Shown: in pieces, positions 59,711 through 64,000 of the stretch
Position numbering within the stretch: the stretch's first letter is position 1
How the letters are laid out: each line of letters begins with the position of its first letter
Assembly (NCBI GenBank): GCA_021613535.1
Contig: CP075492.1
Coordinates: forward strand, 14,694,001-14,758,000
Reading direction: 5' to 3'
Length of the DNA: 64,000 nt
DNA from: Adineta vaga
Lineage: Eukaryota; Animalia; Rotifera
Translations under genes and position numbers: made by a program
The notes under the pieces: generated by a model
The model's database searches: none
The model's input: the letters and a program-made list of their open reading frames with translations, nothing else
What the model was told of the DNA's origin: nothing

Positions 59711-62444
59711 TGACGAATTGCGCATTTGTTTGATTGGATTTATTATAAGTTTCTTTAACAAAAGGCGTCTATTCTTGTTTAGGAGTAATAGATACGTATT
59801 GTTGATTAAAACAAGAATTATATTTCTGTTTACATCCTTTGTAAATCTGCTGAATTTTTCATTATTAAAATTTTCTACTTCTCTATAATTTCGAAGAGAA
59901 ATATAGTGTTGCTTCACGACGCAGAATATTTCTTTTTATATAAAAATGATGATTATCTCATTCATCTAACCGCGTTGAAAAAAAGTAACCTTTCTTCTTC
60001 TATGTTTGAGCATAAGAGCCGCTCGAAGTATGAAGTGAAGTCAAACCATCCGATTATTTCTTTAATTACATGATTTTAGCGTATGAAAATGCTAAATTTG
60101 AGTTGTTTATCGAACTGTTTTTCTATAATGAATAATTAGATAAATTTACACATGCAAATAACTTAGATATGATGAAATGAAGTAATGATGAGACTGATTA
60201 ACAATTGTGTATGTTTGTTCGACTGATGATCAAAGTATTGCGGACAGAAATTATATTCCACATTCACCCTAAGATAGATATTCTACCGCGCTGATAGACA
60301 AAGTGTTGCTTGATTATATGAAACAAATGGAAGAAGATGAATCTTTTACGATGATGATCTACATGTGAATATACAAAAGAGAAATATGTTAAGTTCAAAA
60401 GCAAATCTTATTCTTTTATGATATATGGAAAAATGTTAACGTCTTTTCTGATGCTTGATATTTAATCGATCAAATTGCTCAGAATAATGATGGGAAAAAC
60501 TGGATTTGAAAACAGTACGTGGTTTAAAGCAAATTAAAGTCTCAACTTCTTCAATCAATACATCTTTTTGATCTACATTTTAGTCTCTAGTTTCTATTCT
60601 AGGTTTTTATCTAAGTATGAATGATCGATGAAACATCTTCATGCTAGATTTTACTGCACATACCTACACACGAAAGACCAAGGATAATCATAGAACGGTT
60701 AACCAATTAATGTCTTGTAAATGCACAATCGCATGTATTAAGATTTATATCAAATCATAACAGGTAAGTCAACTAGATTCTACTAAATAAATGATTTGGT
60801 TTAGCAACAACTAAGAACAGCAAGACTAGTTTTTATATGAATCCTATTCATTGACATAGTCAGACATAGAAGAAGAAGAAGAAAAATATAATAGACAAAT
60901 AAAACTGTCATTCTACTCGTCCAACGAAATAGATATTGTATGATAATATGTATATCAAATCATTTAACGACTGTTGGCATGGCGTATAGAACAAGTGTAT
61001 TATAGTTGAACAAATCATATTATTAACAGTGAGTGAAACACATACATTTTCTCAATTAGATTGTGCCGAGAAAAGGCTTTGAAAGATAATAACATCGAGA
61101 TTTATGTTTGATATTTTTATTTAGAAATGGTAATTTCTCATCCTGTGTTTGTCTGCTTGTTTTGCTCTTCCAGCAATTCAAGTAGGTTCAATGGCGACTT
61201 CATCGATCGATATTATGAATAAAATTATTTCGGTCAATGATATGCCATGTCATCTTTTTTTATAAAAACGATATCTATATATATATAGAGTTTTTCATTT
61301 ACAGAAAATTTCCAAAACGACGGGCAGAATTTTATTGATTAGTTATTTAAACTGCAGATGGAAACATTCGATTCTAATGAAAACAAAAAGAACGAATGAA
61401 AAAATCCACAAATCGATAACCTAGATTTCCAATTCTGATCATTCAAAAGATGAAGAAAATGTTGCCACAAATAAGCCCGACGAAACCGATAATAATACTT
61501 ACGATATTCATTTTGATGGAACTTTATCGATGGTATTAGTATTGTCAAATGTTAAGATGTTAGAAAATGGGAAAGTTTCGAGCAATGTGAAGAGACATAC
61601 AATTTTATGAGCAGGTAGAAATCATTATATAATGATAGAAAAATATCTAATATTGAAATCTATAATTTAAATTAATTATATTTAAACTAGCAGATCAGAT
61701 TTGCTGATAGAGATATATATTATTCGTTCTACTTCGGTTTTCGTATAAGATTATAACAATCTCAGTCAAAACCTTGATAAAATAATGCTATCTTCTCACT
61801 TTAGCTACTTCTTAAACATTCTCGATAAATTTATTTTCAATGTTACTATATGACTAAAAAAATAATGAGGATCACTCTCTCCTGTATTCCTTGATTTGAC
61901 AGTGACAAGCTTCTAGAGTATTCCTACCACGTAGATTTGCATATTATCAAAATATGCTTGTGGTAACAAGATGAAATTACCGTTTTGTTAGTTGTTAATA
62001 ATCCGCATTTTTGTCATATTGAATCCAAAGGATGTTTTCTGCAGAAAGTGTCAAATGTATGACACGATTCATAAATTTTAAAAAATGAGTGCATTTTTTC
62101 TTTCTGAGAGGTTATATTGATAATCCAACAAAATAAGAACTTTTACTCGAGATGATATACCCATTTTTTATACTTGAAAACAGAAATCTAGCGGCAACTT
62201 CAAGACACGCATTCATCGATTAGAAAGATTAGATTTCTCTTATCAAAAAGATCATTGTCATTTCAAAAATTAATGCAGTGGAAACGTCATTTCTTTCTCC
62301 CTTTCTGCTACTTTCGCTTCTGCTAATATGATATTTGACATATACTTGTATCATTTGTAATCTTGTAGATAAAAGAAGAGGTATTCATTTCTAGTATTTC
62401 ATTGTATCAGTTACAATCAATTTAAATATATTCGATTCAATATC

Positions 62445-63482
62445 ATGTCATCTATTGAGATTTTAATCGGACAATTAAATACCATAGGAACAACAATACT
62501 AATGGTTATATCAATAATAAATTTTTTCTTCGGTATTATTGGTCTCATATTCAATGTATTTGTCTTTACTCGACCAAGTCTACGTCGACAACCATGTACA
62601 TTCTATTTCTTATCATCGACATGTTTCAATTTCTTCGTTATTCTAATTATCCTACCAGTACGAATTCTTTCAAATATTTACAATATCAATGGATCAGATT
62701 ATAATCTTGTTTATTGTAAAATACAAGCCTTCTTATTCTATACAATACGTACAATATCATGTTGGTTGATTGGTTTAGCAACAATTGATCGCTATTTACA
62801 TAGTTCATCGAATACATTATTTCGTCAAATGAGTTCGTTAAAAACAGCAAAAATAACGATTGGAATTACAGTTATTTTCATCTCTGGTTTATATAGTCAT
62901 ATGATTGTTTATTATAATATGAGTTATACATTCGATCAATTTGGTAATGTCGTATCAACATGTAATGCTGAAGTAGGAACTTATCGTACGTTCCTTAGTC
63001 TTTGGTTTATGATTTTTTATTCACTTCTGCCATCATTTTGCATGCTTTTGTTTGGATTTTTGACTGTAAAAAATCTTCGTCAACGTCGACAAATTATTCC
63101 AAGAGCTGCAGAAACGAATTCAAATAATCGACGAACTGATTCACAACTCTTACGTATGTTAGCAGCTCAAGTATTAGTCATCATTATTTGTACTTTACCA
63201 GTTACAGGATATCGATTATATGGAGCTTTAACTGTAAATGTAACTAAAGATAAAATTCGACTTGCACAAGAAAACTTAGCTTCTCAAATAGTTTCTGCAA
63301 TGACTTATTTTGCACATTCAAGTAGTTTTTATCTCTATACATTGTCAGGCACTATATTTCGTAAGGAACTTTTGAAAAATATCAAACTACATTGGCCTTT
63401 CAATCAAAATCAAACGCAAACGAATTCGGGCGGAACACTACCGAATAACAATGTTTTTCCAAAAACAACTAGCGAACATTGA
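62445..63482 (+). CDS. Rhodopsin-like orphan GPCR, intronless
   Basis: GIIGLIFN, YCKI, TIDRY, CTLP and SFYLYTLSGTIFRKEL; 345 aa. Confidence 0.9.
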   Translation: MSSIEILIGQLNTIGTTILMVISIINFFFGIIGLIFNVFVFTRPSLRRQPCTFYFLSSTCFNFFVILIILPVRILSNIYNINGSDYNLVYCKIQAFLFYTIRTISCWLIGLATIDRYLHSSSNTLFRQMSSLKTAKITIGITVIFISGLYSHMIVYYNMSYTFDQFGNVVSTCNAEVGTYRTFLSLWFMIFYSLLPSFCMLLFGFLTVKNLRQRRQIIPRAAETNSNNRRTDSQLLRMLAAQVLVIIICTLPVTGYRLYGALTVNVTKDKIRLAQENLASQIVSAMTYFAHSSSFYLYTLSGTIFRKELLKNIKLHWPFNQNQTQTNSGGTLPNNNVFPKTTSEH

Positions 63483-64000
63483 CTTATTACATTTCTTTTA
63501 TTCAATAAAAATAAGTTGTCGATATGTGCTTTTTGTACTGTTGATTCATGATCGAATCATAGGAAAAATAAACGACACATGAAATCCTTTCCATTCGTTA
63601 TATTATCATTCGAGTAGTACACGAAAAAATGACTGATTAACAAAAAATTAAATCAAATCGTAAGAGACAATAAGTTTGTTTTTAAAAATTCTTGATAAAA
63701 ACTCTTATGAGAATACGATTTGTGATAAATTTCTGAGTATTAACATAGATCATGCCTTGCATTGTCGTACGGAAAATGGAAGATCGAAAGAGTCAAAGAA
63801 TCATGGCTGTCAAAGTAAGAATGAATAAGTTCTCTCATCAGTCATATTTAGAAATCATACATAACGGGTTCAAGTTACGAAAAGAAACTGCTGAATGATA
63901 TTGATGTTTGTATCCGTGAAAATAAGTATGTCCTTATCTTCTTCTTCAAATGTATGCTGTTTTCGTTTAAGAAATAACAATGTTCAGGAAGATTCTATTT

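Noticed and set aside
59711-59917. N-terminal 69-aa extension of the GPCR in the ORF track
   Set aside because: It begins at a non-ATG codon and is AT-rich and UTR-like; the receptor more plausibly starts at MITIESW (59710) or the Met just upstream.
59950-62400. Possible decayed coding or transposase fragments (e.g. ~60240-60350, ~61340-61550)
   Set aside because: Short stop-riddled frames with no motif I can assign confidently.
1-64000. tRNA/rRNA genes and autonomous transposons
   Set aside because: None recognised by eye; a tRNAscan-SE/Infernal/RepeatModeler run would be needed to exclude them formally.

Overview
AT-rich eukaryotic (animal) genomic DNA. Genes are compact, with many ~50-60 bp GT-AG introns, so the ORF track splits or misses several of them. 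The gene content includes several orphan rhodopsin-like GPCRs, an LDLa/EGF-GPCR, ART-TPR proteins, F-box/LRR genes, and many intron-poor genes of bacterial or fungal type among metazoan genes. This strongly suggests a bdelloid rotifer (Adineta/Rotaria-like); the assignment is an inference. I reconstructed about 30 genes or relics by hand. Highlights: (1) a secreted multi-exon protein (41162-37313) whose last exon is a bacterial-type, probably lysozyme-like domain, giving a polymorphic-toxin-like layout; (2) two paralogous secreted six-cysteine SH3b-like mini-proteins, one missing from the ORF track; (3) a cathepsin L with a catalytic Cys-to-Ser change (silicatein-type triad); (4) an eIF4A paralog with NEAD and degenerate motifs V and VI; (5) two R-S-E ADP-ribosyltransferase-TPR paralogs plus stand-alone copies of their N-terminal module; (6) a bacterial ABC substrate-binding domain fused to a membrane-anchored eukaryotic protein; (7) an 85-bp hAT-type MITE with an 8-bp TSD. 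I recognised no rRNA, tRNA or CRISPR array. All family calls come from motif recognition, not database searches.
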